Source of the DNA: Candidatus Multivoradales bacterium
Lineage (GTDB): Bacteria > Acidobacteriota > Thermoanaerobaculia > Multivoradales > Multivoraceae
Direction of reading: 5' to 3'
Assembly: GCA_965223325.1 (NCBI GenBank)
Contig: CBDCWI010000002.1
Location: 1 to 64,000 of the forward strand
Length of the DNA stretch: 64,000 nucleotides
The notes below the pieces were generated by a model. That model was not told the DNA's origin. It saw only the letters and a list, made by a program, of their open reading frames with translations, and ran no database searches. Numbering within the stretch: position 1 is the first letter of the stretch; each line of letters begins with the position of its first letter. Made by a program: the position numbers and the translations under genes. This document shows, piece after piece, positions 55,586-64,000 of the stretch.

Positions 55586-56713
55586 CTAGCGGTTGGTCGA
55601 CGCTTCTTGAACATGGCGCGTGGTCTCCCAAATTCCGACTTCGAAGCGTCCACTGGCGTCGGCTGCGCCGCGAAACATTCCCGGACTGTTGAACTCGAGG
55701 GCAATGCGACCGCGAGGATCGACCGCGATCACGCCGCCGTCGTTCTCAGACAGCACTTCGTGGACGACCTGGCGGGCGGCTTCATCGACGTCGAGATCGA
55801 GGTGCTGGACGCGGGCGGCGATTTCATGCGCAACGTTGTGGCGAATGAACTCTTCGCCGCGTCCGGTGCAGGAGACGGCGACCGACTCATTGTTGGCGTA
55901 GGTGCCGGCGCCGATCAGCGGGACGTCGCCAACCCGGCCCCAGCGCTTGTTGGTCATCCCACCGGTCGAGGTTCCGGCGGCGAGATTGCCGTAGCGGTCC
56001 AGCGCGACCGCCCCGACCGTCGCCATGGCGCCCCCTCCGCCACCCGAAGAGGTGCCGCTGCGCTCTCTCTGCTTCGCCTCTTGTAGCTGCTGGTAGCGCC
56101 GCGGACTGTGGAAGAACGCCTGTCTGACCATCTCCACGCCGTTCTGTCGGGCGAAGTCGTCGGCGCCCGCGCCGCTCAAGAGAACGTGCGGCGAGCGCTC
56201 CATGACCCGGCGCGCCAGGGTGATCGGATGACGGGTATTGCGCACGCCTGCCACGGCGCCACACGCCAGGGTGCGGCCGTCCATGAGAGCTGCGTCGAGC
56301 TCGTGGGTCCCCCGTGAGGTGTAGACGGCACCGCGACCAGCGTTCCAGCGCTCGTCGTCTTCCATGATTCTGACCAGCTGCTCGACGACCTCGAGCGCCG
56401 CGGTGCCTTTTGCGAGCGCGCGACGACCTTCGGCAAGCACCTCCTCGAGGGCGCTCAGGTAGCCGTCGGCGTCGGTGTCGTCACGCGCGATGACCCCGGC
56501 ACCGCCGTGAATGGCCAGGGCCCATTCGAGTCTGGGCTCTTCAACGGGCTCCGGGGGAGGGGTTTCGCTGCTGCGCTCTGATGGCTCCGGAGTGGATCGG
56601 CTGTCCTGATCTCTGCTGCAGCTCGCCGACACGATGAGCACCATCATGAGCGCGACGGCCGCCGCCCAGCGCCGGGAGCTTTGCACCTGTGAAACGCCTG
56701 CTAGGGAACGCAC
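55586..56713 (-). CDS. iaaA: Isoaspartyl peptidase / L-asparaginase (Ntn hydrolase), probably a lipoprotein; start uncertain
   Basis: LAIHGGAG, TVGAVA, TSTGG, GRVGD, CTGRGE; SASC lipobox-like motif. Confidence 0.9.
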   Translation of the reverse strand: MRSLAGVSQVQSSRRWAAAVALMMVLIVSASCSRDQDSRSTPEPSERSSETPPPEPVEEPRLEWALAIHGGAGVIARDDTDADGYLSALEEVLAEGRRALAKGTAALEVVEQLVRIMEDDERWNAGRGAVYTSRGTHELDAALMDGRTLACGAVAGVRNTRHPITLARRVMERSPHVLLSGAGADDFARQNGVEMVRQAFFHSPRRYQQLQEAKQRERSGTSSGGGGGAMATVGAVALDRYGNLAAGTSTGGMTNKRWGRVGDVPLIGAGTYANNESVAVSCTGRGEEFIRHNVAHEIAARVQHLDLDVDEAARQVVHEVLSENDGGVIAVDPRGRIALEFNSPGMFRGAADASGRFEVGIWETTRHVQEASTNR

Positions 56714-56937
56714 GCTTGAACTCGCTCTCGCAGAAAGGCCTGGACCACCGGTCCAGGAATGAAGGGTGAGGGCGAGACTATCGGATGTCCCTCGAAGGTC
56801 TGCCGGCTGCCCACACCGTCGGCTACCTGGTCTCGACTGAGGAAGACCCAGGAGGGCTGGTTATGATGGTCGCCTGTTTTCATTCTGAGTCGAGACGATC
56901 GAATACGGCCACGCACTCGACACGGGCCGTGAGGAAG

Positions 56938-57246
56938 GTGCGCGTGATCGATCCACAAGAAGCCGACGACCGGAAGCCCTCGCCGCTGCCAGAGTACGCC
57001 GACCAGCAGGACCTCGCGCGTCTCTGGGCCGAGGCAGCACCGGACTCTGAGCCGGCGAGGACTCGCTGGTTTCTTCCGGTAGTGGCGCTTCTGCTCCTGC
57101 TCAACGTTCCCTGGTATTTACCGCAGGCGTTCGCCGGGCACATCTACGCGGGTCTTCCTGGCTTCGTGTGGATGGCGCTCTTGACCTCGGTCGGCCTGGC
57201 GGCGGTGACTTCGTTCGCGGCTCTCAGGGAGTGGCGCGACGGATGA
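56938..57246 (+). CDS. Small membrane protein paired with the symporter (DUF3311-like); start uncertain
   Basis: Two TM segments, VPWY and GLP motifs; ATGA overlap with the symporter. Confidence 0.6.
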   Translation: MRVIDPQEADDRKPSPLPEYADQQDLARLWAEAAPDSEPARTRWFLPVVALLLLLNVPWYLPQAFAGHIYAGLPGFVWMALLTSVGLAAVTSFAALREWRDG

Positions 57247-58739
57247 ACGACGGCTCGATTCACTTCGGTCAGGGGCCCATGGTGGTCATGGGCATCTACC
57301 TGGCGGTGGTTCTGCTGCTCGGTTGGATCGGCCGGCGCTCGCGTCGCGAGGAGTCGTTGCGCGACTTCTACCTCGGAGGCAGCTCTTTCGGCTTCGTAGT
57401 CCTCTTCCTGACCATTTTCGCCACCCAGTACAGCGGCAACACCTTGCTCGGATTCTCTGGTCGATCCTACCGCCAGGGGACGACCTACATCGTGAGTGTC
57501 ACCTTCATGATTCTGGTGGTGACCGTGTACCAGGTCTACGCGCCGCGCCTGTTCAAGCTCTCGCGTCGCTTCGGCTACATCACCCCGGCGGACTTTGTGT
57601 ATCACCGCTTCGGGTCGCATCGAATGCGGGTGCTGGCGGTTTGCCTCTTGTGCTGGGGGCTTGCCAACTACGTTCTCGAGCAGCTCGTCGCGATGGGGCA
57701 TGCCGTCGAAGCGATCAGTGACCAACGGCTCAGCTTCATGCAGGGAGTCGTGCTCCTGGCCCTGGTGATGGTGGTCTACGAGAGCCTGGGCGGGATGCGA
57801 TCGGTGGCATGGACCGACGTCATCCAGGGCGGCCTTCTGTTGGTGGGCTGTGGGGTCCTCTTGTATCTCTTGATCGGGTCGGAGGGCGGACTGCCACGAG
57901 CCAGCCGGGTGATCGCCGAGACGGCTCCCGAACGGCTCGCTCCTCCCTCCACGGCCGGCCTACGGAACTGGATCTCAGATCTCGTTCTCTTGGGTTTTGG
58001 TGTTGCGATCTATCCCCACGCCATTCAGCGTCTCTTCGCTGCGCGTTCCCTCAGAAGCCTCCGGCGCTCGCTCGCACTCATGGCCTGGATGCCTTTTGGC
58101 ACGACCCTGCTTGCCTTTCTGATCGGCTACGTCGCGCTGAGTCACTACCCGGATCTCTCGGTCCTCGAGAGCGACAAGGTGACGGTTCTGATGCTCGGTC
58201 GTCTGCTCGATCGCGGCCCGTTCGAGTACTGGCTGGTGGTGCTGGTTTTCTCAGGAGTCGTGGCAGCGATCATGTCGACGGCTGACTCGGCGCTCCTGGC
58301 CATCGGTTCGATGGCAGTCAAGGACATCTACAAGCCCTATCTGCGTCCGTCGGCGTCGTCGCGGGAAATGCTGCTGGTCGGTAAGTCGTTCGCCTGGGGC
58401 TTGATGCTCTTCTTGATGCTGATGGCCTGGGTCTCGCACCGCACCGAGAGCTCTCTGTGGCTGTTGATCAAACTCAAGCTCGAGTTCATGGTGCAACTGG
58501 CACCAGCGATCGTGCTCGGGGTGCAGTGGCGTCGCCTGGCAACCAGCCCGACGTTCTGGGGTATGGCCGCGGGGACGCTGCTGACCCTCGTGCTGTGGGT
58601 CGGGGTGCCCTTCGGTTGGTGGGTGGAACGCTCACCGGTGGGAATCTCGGCCGGGGTGTGGGGGCTGGCGCTGAATGCGGCCATCGCCGTCGGGGGAAGC
58701 CTTGCGGCGCGAGAACCAGCCCCCGCCGAGCAGAGGTGA
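57243..58739 (+). CDS. Sodium:solute symporter family protein
   Basis: DFYLGG, ATQYSG, GGMRSVAWTDVIQG, AAIMSTADS. Confidence 0.93.
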   Translation: MNDGSIHFGQGPMVVMGIYLAVVLLLGWIGRRSRREESLRDFYLGGSSFGFVVLFLTIFATQYSGNTLLGFSGRSYRQGTTYIVSVTFMILVVTVYQVYAPRLFKLSRRFGYITPADFVYHRFGSHRMRVLAVCLLCWGLANYVLEQLVAMGHAVEAISDQRLSFMQGVVLLALVMVVYESLGGMRSVAWTDVIQGGLLLVGCGVLLYLLIGSEGGLPRASRVIAETAPERLAPPSTAGLRNWISDLVLLGFGVAIYPHAIQRLFAARSLRSLRRSLALMAWMPFGTTLLAFLIGYVALSHYPDLSVLESDKVTVLMLGRLLDRGPFEYWLVVLVFSGVVAAIMSTADSALLAIGSMAVKDIYKPYLRPSASSREMLLVGKSFAWGLMLFLMLMAWVSHRTESSLWLLIKLKLEFMVQLAPAIVLGVQWRRLATSPTFWGMAAGTLLTLVLWVGVPFGWWVERSPVGISAGVWGLALNAAIAVGGSLAAREPAPAEQR

Positions 58740-58928
58740 TGGGCTGGCTGGGGGGTACGGCGCCCTCAGAAAACTTGCTTTTCTTGGGATAGACTTGATG
58801 GGCTCAGGTTTCCTCGGCGATTGCTGTTCTCTGGGAATGGCTGTGCTGTGCCGTCTCGGGCGAACCCGTGCTCTCAGTTCCCGTCCTCTAGTGCCACCTT
58901 CATCTCCCGGAATCGAATCGTACGCTCC

Positions 58929-61154
58929 ATGGCCTCGCGCTCAAAGTTCTGGTCGCGCCTGAAGGGTGACTTCACCTCTGCCGGGGATCTCTACTACCGC
59001 GAGGGGGAAATCACCAAGGCCGCCGAGATGTATTCGAAGGCCGGGAACATCCTGCAGGCTGCCGAGGTGTGCGGCGAGGCTGGGATGATCGACGAGGCGG
59101 TGGCGTACTTCCTGGAGGCAGGCGAGAACCGCAAGGCTGGTGAACTCCTGGCGACAGCCAAGCGACCGCGTGAGGCGCTGCCGCTGCTCGAGAAGGCCGG
59201 TGCCTGGTGGAAGGCAGCCGAGGTCGCCTCGGCACTCGGCGATCACGGGCGCGCCGGTCGTTTGTTCAAGCGTGCGAATCGCATGGAAGAAGCGGCTGAT
59301 GCTTTCGAACGGTCAGGCGATCTCGACGCGGCGCTGGTGCTGTGGAAGAAGGAGTCCGAACGCTTGTCGCGCGACACGAACTCGGGTGCAGATGCACTCG
59401 AGCGGCGTCGCAAGATCGACGAACGCCGCGCGCTCGCCATGGCACAGGTGGGGCGCGTCGAAGATGCGGCCGAAATCCTCCGCGGGGTCGGAATGCACGA
59501 GCAGGTCGGTGCCTTGCTCGAGCGTCTGGGGCGCTACGACGAGGCCGCCACCGCCTACCTCGAAGCCAATCTCAATCAGCGCGCTCGACGAGCCCTCGAG
59601 CGCGCCGGTGGTCTCGACAAGCGTACCCAGGCTGAGATCTACCAGCGGGCCGGGGAGTACAAGCGCGCCGCGCTGTTGTGGCGCGACATCGGTGAGCTGG
59701 GCGACGCCGCCGAGGCTTTCGAGGCGGCGGGCGAATGGCAAGAAGCCGCGATCACCTGGGAGCAGGACGAGGACCCCGCGCGCGCTGCCGAGCTCTTCTA
59801 TCGCGCCGGCTACCGTGCCGACGCCGCCCGCTGCTACGCCAGGGCCAACGATCATCGCCTGGCTGCCGAGACCTTTGCCGACGTCGGCGATCATCAGTCG
59901 GCGGCCCGCTCGTACCAGCAGGTCGGTCGGCACCTGCGCGCTGCCCAGCACTTCCTGAAGGCGGGCGACCGTCCGGCTGCGGCAGAGACTCTGCAAGAGA
60001 TCAGCCCGGATGATCCGTCGTTCGAGCACGCGACGCTCTTGTTGGTACCGCTCCTGCTCGAGGAACGCCTCTTCGAAGGGGCCCTGCATCGTCTCAAGAT
60101 GCTCTCGAAAGATGCCTCGACGAGTACCTTCGCGGTCGAGCGGCTGTACTGGGAGGGGCGCATCCACGACGCTCAGGGAGACCTCCTGGCCGCCGAGCAG
60201 AGCTACCAGCGGGCGGCCGGGCTGAGGCGCGAGCACCGCGACCTGACGGCGCGTCTGATCAGCCTCCGGCAACGGATGAAGCGCGCCGGCATCGAGCCGG
60301 GCTCACGACCGCAGCACGGCGTCATCCCAGGGGTGCTGGACTCGGGCACCGTACTGCTCGATCGGTACGAGGTTCTCGAGGAGATTGGCCGTGGCGGGAT
60401 GGGCCGCGTGTACCGAGCGCGTGACCGTCAGCTCAACGCCGACATCGCCGTCAAGACCCTGATCCCGCGCCAGAGCGACAAGTTGAACTCACCGGCACGC
60501 ATGCGGCGGGAGGTGCAGATTTGCCGCAAGATCTCTCATCGCCACGTGGTGCGGGTCTTTGACATCCATGACTTCGCCGGCTGGCAGTTCGTCACCATGG
60601 AGTTGCTCGACGGCACGACGCTCGACCACGAGATTCAGTCGGGTCGTCGGATCGAGCTCGATCGGGCACGCGCCATGTTCATCGAGATCCTGAGCGGTCT
60701 GACCGCGGCACATGCGCTCAAGGTCATTCACCGCGACCTCAAACCGGCCAACATCGCATTGACCAGTAGTGGTGCCAAGATCATGGACTTTGGCATCGCC
60801 CACCTCGAAGATGCCGATGTCAGCCTGACCCAGACCGGTCAGGTCGTCGGCTCACCGATGTACATGTCGCCCGAGCAGATTCAGGGGCTGCCGCTCGACG
60901 TGCGAACCGACCTCTACAGCTTTGGTGTCCTTGCCTTTACGACCTTGGCTGGGCGCGAGCCCTTCACCGGCAAGACCGCAACGCAGATTTCGCTCAAGCA
61001 TCTCCAGGAACCCGTACCCAGTGTCCTGGCGCATCGTCCCGAAGCGGACCCGGCGTGGGACGCCTTCCTGCAGCAGTTGCTGGCGAAGAAGCCGGAGCAA
61101 AGGTACCCTAACGCCCACGCCGTGCTCGAAGCGATCCAAGTGCTCTTGGTCTGA
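58929..61154 (+). CDS. TPR/alpha-solenoid Ser/Thr protein kinase
   Basis: IGRGGMG, AVK, HRDLKPANI, DFG, YMSPE; long KAAExY-type repeats N-terminally. Confidence 0.92.
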   Translation: MASRSKFWSRLKGDFTSAGDLYYREGEITKAAEMYSKAGNILQAAEVCGEAGMIDEAVAYFLEAGENRKAGELLATAKRPREALPLLEKAGAWWKAAEVASALGDHGRAGRLFKRANRMEEAADAFERSGDLDAALVLWKKESERLSRDTNSGADALERRRKIDERRALAMAQVGRVEDAAEILRGVGMHEQVGALLERLGRYDEAATAYLEANLNQRARRALERAGGLDKRTQAEIYQRAGEYKRAALLWRDIGELGDAAEAFEAAGEWQEAAITWEQDEDPARAAELFYRAGYRADAARCYARANDHRLAAETFADVGDHQSAARSYQQVGRHLRAAQHFLKAGDRPAAAETLQEISPDDPSFEHATLLLVPLLLEERLFEGALHRLKMLSKDASTSTFAVERLYWEGRIHDAQGDLLAAEQSYQRAAGLRREHRDLTARLISLRQRMKRAGIEPGSRPQHGVIPGVLDSGTVLLDRYEVLEEIGRGGMGRVYRARDRQLNADIAVKTLIPRQSDKLNSPARMRREVQICRKISHRHVVRVFDIHDFAGWQFVTMELLDGTTLDHEIQSGRRIELDRARAMFIEILSGLTAAHALKVIHRDLKPANIALTSSGAKIMDFGIAHLEDADVSLTQTGQVVGSPMYMSPEQIQGLPLDVRTDLYSFGVLAFTTLAGREPFTGKTATQISLKHLQEPVPSVLAHRPEADPAWDAFLQQLLAKKPEQRYPNAHAVLEAIQVLLV

Positions 61155-61258
61155 ACCCCCAGCGACACGGCCAACGACCAACGCCGGTGCGACCGGCGAG
61201 CCGAAGAGCCAGAAGGGCCAGGAGCGCCAGGAGCGCCAGGAGCCAGGAGAGACAGCGC

Positions 61259-62278
61259 ATGGCTGACATGAAGAGAGTGCTCTCAGGCATTCAACCCAGC
61301 GGTTCCCTGCACCTGGGCAACTACCTGGGGGCGGTGAAGCAGTGGGTCGAGCGCCAGGATGAACGCCACAGCTTCATCTGCATCGTGGACTTGCATGCGA
61401 TCACGGTTCCGCAAGACCCGGATTCGCTGCGCCAGAAGACCCGCGCACTCGCGGCCCAGCTCTTCGCCTGCGGTATCGACCCGATGCGCGCGACGTTGTT
61501 CGTTCAGAGTCACGTGCGCGCCCATGCCGAGGCGCAGTGGATTCTCAGTTGCGCGACACCGCTCGGTTGGCTCGAGCGCATGACGCAGTACAAGGCCAAG
61601 GCAGCCAATCAGGAGCGGGTGAGCACCGGGTTGTTGACCTATCCGGTACTCCAGGCCGCTGACATTCTGCTCTACGATCCGGACGAAGTGCCGGTGGGCG
61701 AAGACCAGAAGCAGCACATCGAACTGGCGCGCGACGTGGCGGCGCGCTTCAACCACCGTTTCGGCGACACCTTCCGGATTCCCGAGCCAGTGATTCCGGA
61801 GGTCGGCGCGCGCATCATGGGTCTCGACGATCCACTGGCGAAGATGAGCAAGAGTGCCGCCGACAATCGTGGCCACTCGATTGCACTCAACGACAGCGAC
61901 AAGGAGATCGAACGCACCTTCAAGCGGGCGGTCACCGATTCGGGGCGCGAGATCGTATGGAGCGATGAGCCGGAGAAGGCTGGGGTGAACAATCTGCTGT
62001 CGATCTACCGCGCACTCACCGGCAAGAGCCCGGAACAATCGCTCGCCGACTTCGCCGATGCGCGGGGCTACGGAGATCTGAAGATGCGGGTTGCCGAGGT
62101 CGTCATCGAGACCCTGGCGCCGATTCGTGAACGCTACGAGGCGCTGCTCGATGACCCGGCCGAACTCGATCGTCTGCTCGATCAAGGCGCCGAAAGTGCG
62201 CGCGCGGTCGCTGAGCCGATGGTTGCGAAGATGAAGGATCGGGTCGGATTTCTCAGACCGGGGCGTACCGACCGTTGA
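61259..62278 (+). CDS. trpS: Tryptophan--tRNA ligase
   Basis: SGIQPSG, HLGN, YPVLQAADIL, VGEDQKQH, KMSKS. Confidence 0.97.
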   Translation: MADMKRVLSGIQPSGSLHLGNYLGAVKQWVERQDERHSFICIVDLHAITVPQDPDSLRQKTRALAAQLFACGIDPMRATLFVQSHVRAHAEAQWILSCATPLGWLERMTQYKAKAANQERVSTGLLTYPVLQAADILLYDPDEVPVGEDQKQHIELARDVAARFNHRFGDTFRIPEPVIPEVGARIMGLDDPLAKMSKSAADNRGHSIALNDSDKEIERTFKRAVTDSGREIVWSDEPEKAGVNNLLSIYRALTGKSPEQSLADFADARGYGDLKMRVAEVVIETLAPIRERYEALLDDPAELDRLLDQGAESARAVAEPMVAKMKDRVGFLRPGRTDR

Positions 62279-62323
62279 CCATGTGAGACCTTGTGGCCCC
62301 GGGCCCCTGGGCTCGGCGATGAC

Positions 62324-63613
62324 TCAGCGGTAGGAGGCGACCAGGCGCTCGAGCCGGTCGAGCCCCTTCTCGAGCGACTCCCGGGCGGACCCGAAGGAGA
62401 AGCGAGAGAAGCTCTGGTAGCGCGTGCCCGCACGTCGCCGGCCGGGATTGACGTCGAAGAACCCGCCCGGCACCGTGATGACCTTCACCTCGAGCGCCTT
62501 CTCGAAGAAGCGCATGCCGTCGTCGAGCGGCAGCGGAAGCTCGCTCAAATCGCCCCAGACGTAGAACGCTCCGGTTGGTTCGTGAGTCACGACCACGCCA
62601 ATCTCCCGCAGGCGATCGACCATCAAGCGCCTCTTGGCGTGGAACTCCCTCTGGATGGCGCGCGTCTCGGCGAGGGTGGTGGCGGGATCGAGCAGCTCTG
62701 CCGCCTGGCGCTGGAACGGGTGGTTGGCGCCACCATCGAGAAACGAACCGGCGCTCGAGACCTGATCGATCAAGGTCCGGGGCCCGACCGTCCAACTCAA
62801 GCGCCAGCCAGGGTAGCGCCAGTTCTTGGTCAAACCGTCGACCATCACCACCGGGTCCTTTTCGATGTCTTCGACGTAGCGCGCGGCAGAGACGGTTGGT
62901 GGGTCGGTCTCGTCGTCGGCCTTGCCGTCGCCGTAGACATAGTGCGAGTAGAATTCGTCGAGGATCAGGGCGCTTTCGCACTCGCGCGCGGTTTCGACCC
63001 AGGCGTTGAGGTCTTCGCCAGCCACGACCTGGCCGGTGGGGTTGCATGGATTGCTCGCCAGGATGGCCGACAGGCCGCGCCCGACGATCTCTTCGCGCAG
63101 TTGGGCGGCGGAAGCGCGGTAGCCGGATTGCGGGTCGAGCAGAATGGGGATGGGGACAAAGCCTTTGAACGCGGAGAGCAGTTCTTCGTAGGCGGTGTAG
63201 TCGGGAATGAAGTGGCCGAGGTTGACTTCAGCCATCGACGCCACCAGGCGGGTCACCGAGGTGCGGCCGCCGCCGGCGATGGCCACGTTCTCGGCGCTGT
63301 ACTGGGCGGGCAGTCCACGCCGGTAACGACGGTTGTAGAGCTGCGCGACGCGGTCGCGAAGATCCATTGAACCGGCGACCGGACCGTAGGCGAGCTCACT
63401 GGGATCGACCGACAGGTTCTCGAGGCGCGGCGGAGCTCCCGGGAGGTCACCGGTTTCGGGAGAGCCCTGGCCGAGGTTCGTCCACTGGTCGTCGCCGCGC
63501 TGATAGCCGGCCTGGCCGGCGCGATGCATGACGTAGATGACGCCGGTGCGCGGCACTGCGCGAAAGCCGGGCAGCGGGCGTTGTCGGCGGAGGTTCTGTT
63601 GAGAATCGTTCAT
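62324..63613 (-). CDS. PLP-dependent class I/II aminotransferase
   Basis: NLGQG, SNPCNPTG, ILDEFY, GLTKNWRYPGWR. Confidence 0.92.
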   Translation of the reverse strand: MNDSQQNLRRQRPLPGFRAVPRTGVIYVMHRAGQAGYQRGDDQWTNLGQGSPETGDLPGAPPRLENLSVDPSELAYGPVAGSMDLRDRVAQLYNRRYRRGLPAQYSAENVAIAGGGRTSVTRLVASMAEVNLGHFIPDYTAYEELLSAFKGFVPIPILLDPQSGYRASAAQLREEIVGRGLSAILASNPCNPTGQVVAGEDLNAWVETARECESALILDEFYSHYVYGDGKADDETDPPTVSAARYVEDIEKDPVVMVDGLTKNWRYPGWRLSWTVGPRTLIDQVSSAGSFLDGGANHPFQRQAAELLDPATTLAETRAIQREFHAKRRLMVDRLREIGVVVTHEPTGAFYVWGDLSELPLPLDDGMRFFEKALEVKVITVPGGFFDVNPGRRRAGTRYQSFSRFSFGSARESLEKGLDRLERLVASYR

Positions 63614-63728
63614 CGAAGGTCTGCGGGCGGCGGGCTAGAGCTTCGTCGCCGCGGGCGACGAATGGTAACCGACCGCCGGCGATTCTGGCGATCTTCGACG
63701 GTCTAGAACGGTCCCGTCTCTGCCGCCC

Positions 63729-64000
63729 TCAGACCTCGATCGCGGCCGCTGGGCGCAGTTTCTGCCAGCTCGCCTGGCGGCGCAGTTCGCGTGCACGGGC
63801 GGCGATCGTTCGGCCGGTATCGCGTTGCCAGGCCAGGCGCACGGGCTCGGCGACTCGCGCCCAGTGCTGCTCGTGGTCGCGGCGGGTGGCGGCGACCGCA
63901 CGATCGAAGCCCGCGACGGCCAGGTGAGTGCTTGCGGCGTGCGGATCGCAGTCAGCCAGGGCGACCGCTGCGACGAGCAGGTGCAGAAGCTCTTCGTGGG
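63729..64000 (-). CDS. 3' end of a hypothetical protein truncated by the window edge
   Basis: Open frame HEELLHLLVAAVALADC...AAAIEV*. Confidence 0.4.
   Translation of the reverse strand, partial: HEELLHLLVAAVALADCDPHAASTHLAVAGFDRAVAATRRDHEQHWARVAEPVRLAWQRDTGRTIAARARELRRQASWQKLRPAAAIEV

Noticed and set aside
61218-61248. CCAGGAGCG repeats before trpS as a T-box or attenuator
   Set aside because: The spacer is short, with no T-box consensus and no Trp leader peptide.

Overview
GC-rich Gram-negative host DNA (lpxA, Gfo/Idh/MocA oxidoreductase, surE, pcm on the left; TPR protein, thymidine phosphorylase, sppA, asparaginase, Na+/solute symporter, Ser/Thr kinase, trpS and aminotransferase on the right) interrupted by an apparently complete ~46.3-kb temperate siphovirus-like prophage integrated in a tRNA-Arg(CCT) gene (47-bp attL 3932-3978 / attR 50218-50264). 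The prophage has a tyrosine integrase, a leftward cro/replication operon, a rightward repressor, HNH/TerS/TerL, HK97-type portal and capsid, S49 protease, tube, frameshifted tail chaperone, tape measure, a LamG-rich tail tip and an amidase. The most striking feature is three tightly coupled genes between the tail terminator and tail tube (27325-33263). They encode fibre-like, LamG and beta-helix proteins that all carry Sec-type signal peptides and are Cys- and Asp-rich, suggesting exported virion or adhesion components. Other points of interest: a 4-kb head-region insert, a direct-repeat-flanked SLATT-like cassette beside the putative cos, a highly structured capsid leader, a phage protein ending in an FxDGFE-type C-terminal motif, and a ~290-bp foldback element upstream of the tRNA. 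An Acidobacteriota-like host is inferred, not shown. No database searches were run; all family calls come from motif recognition.
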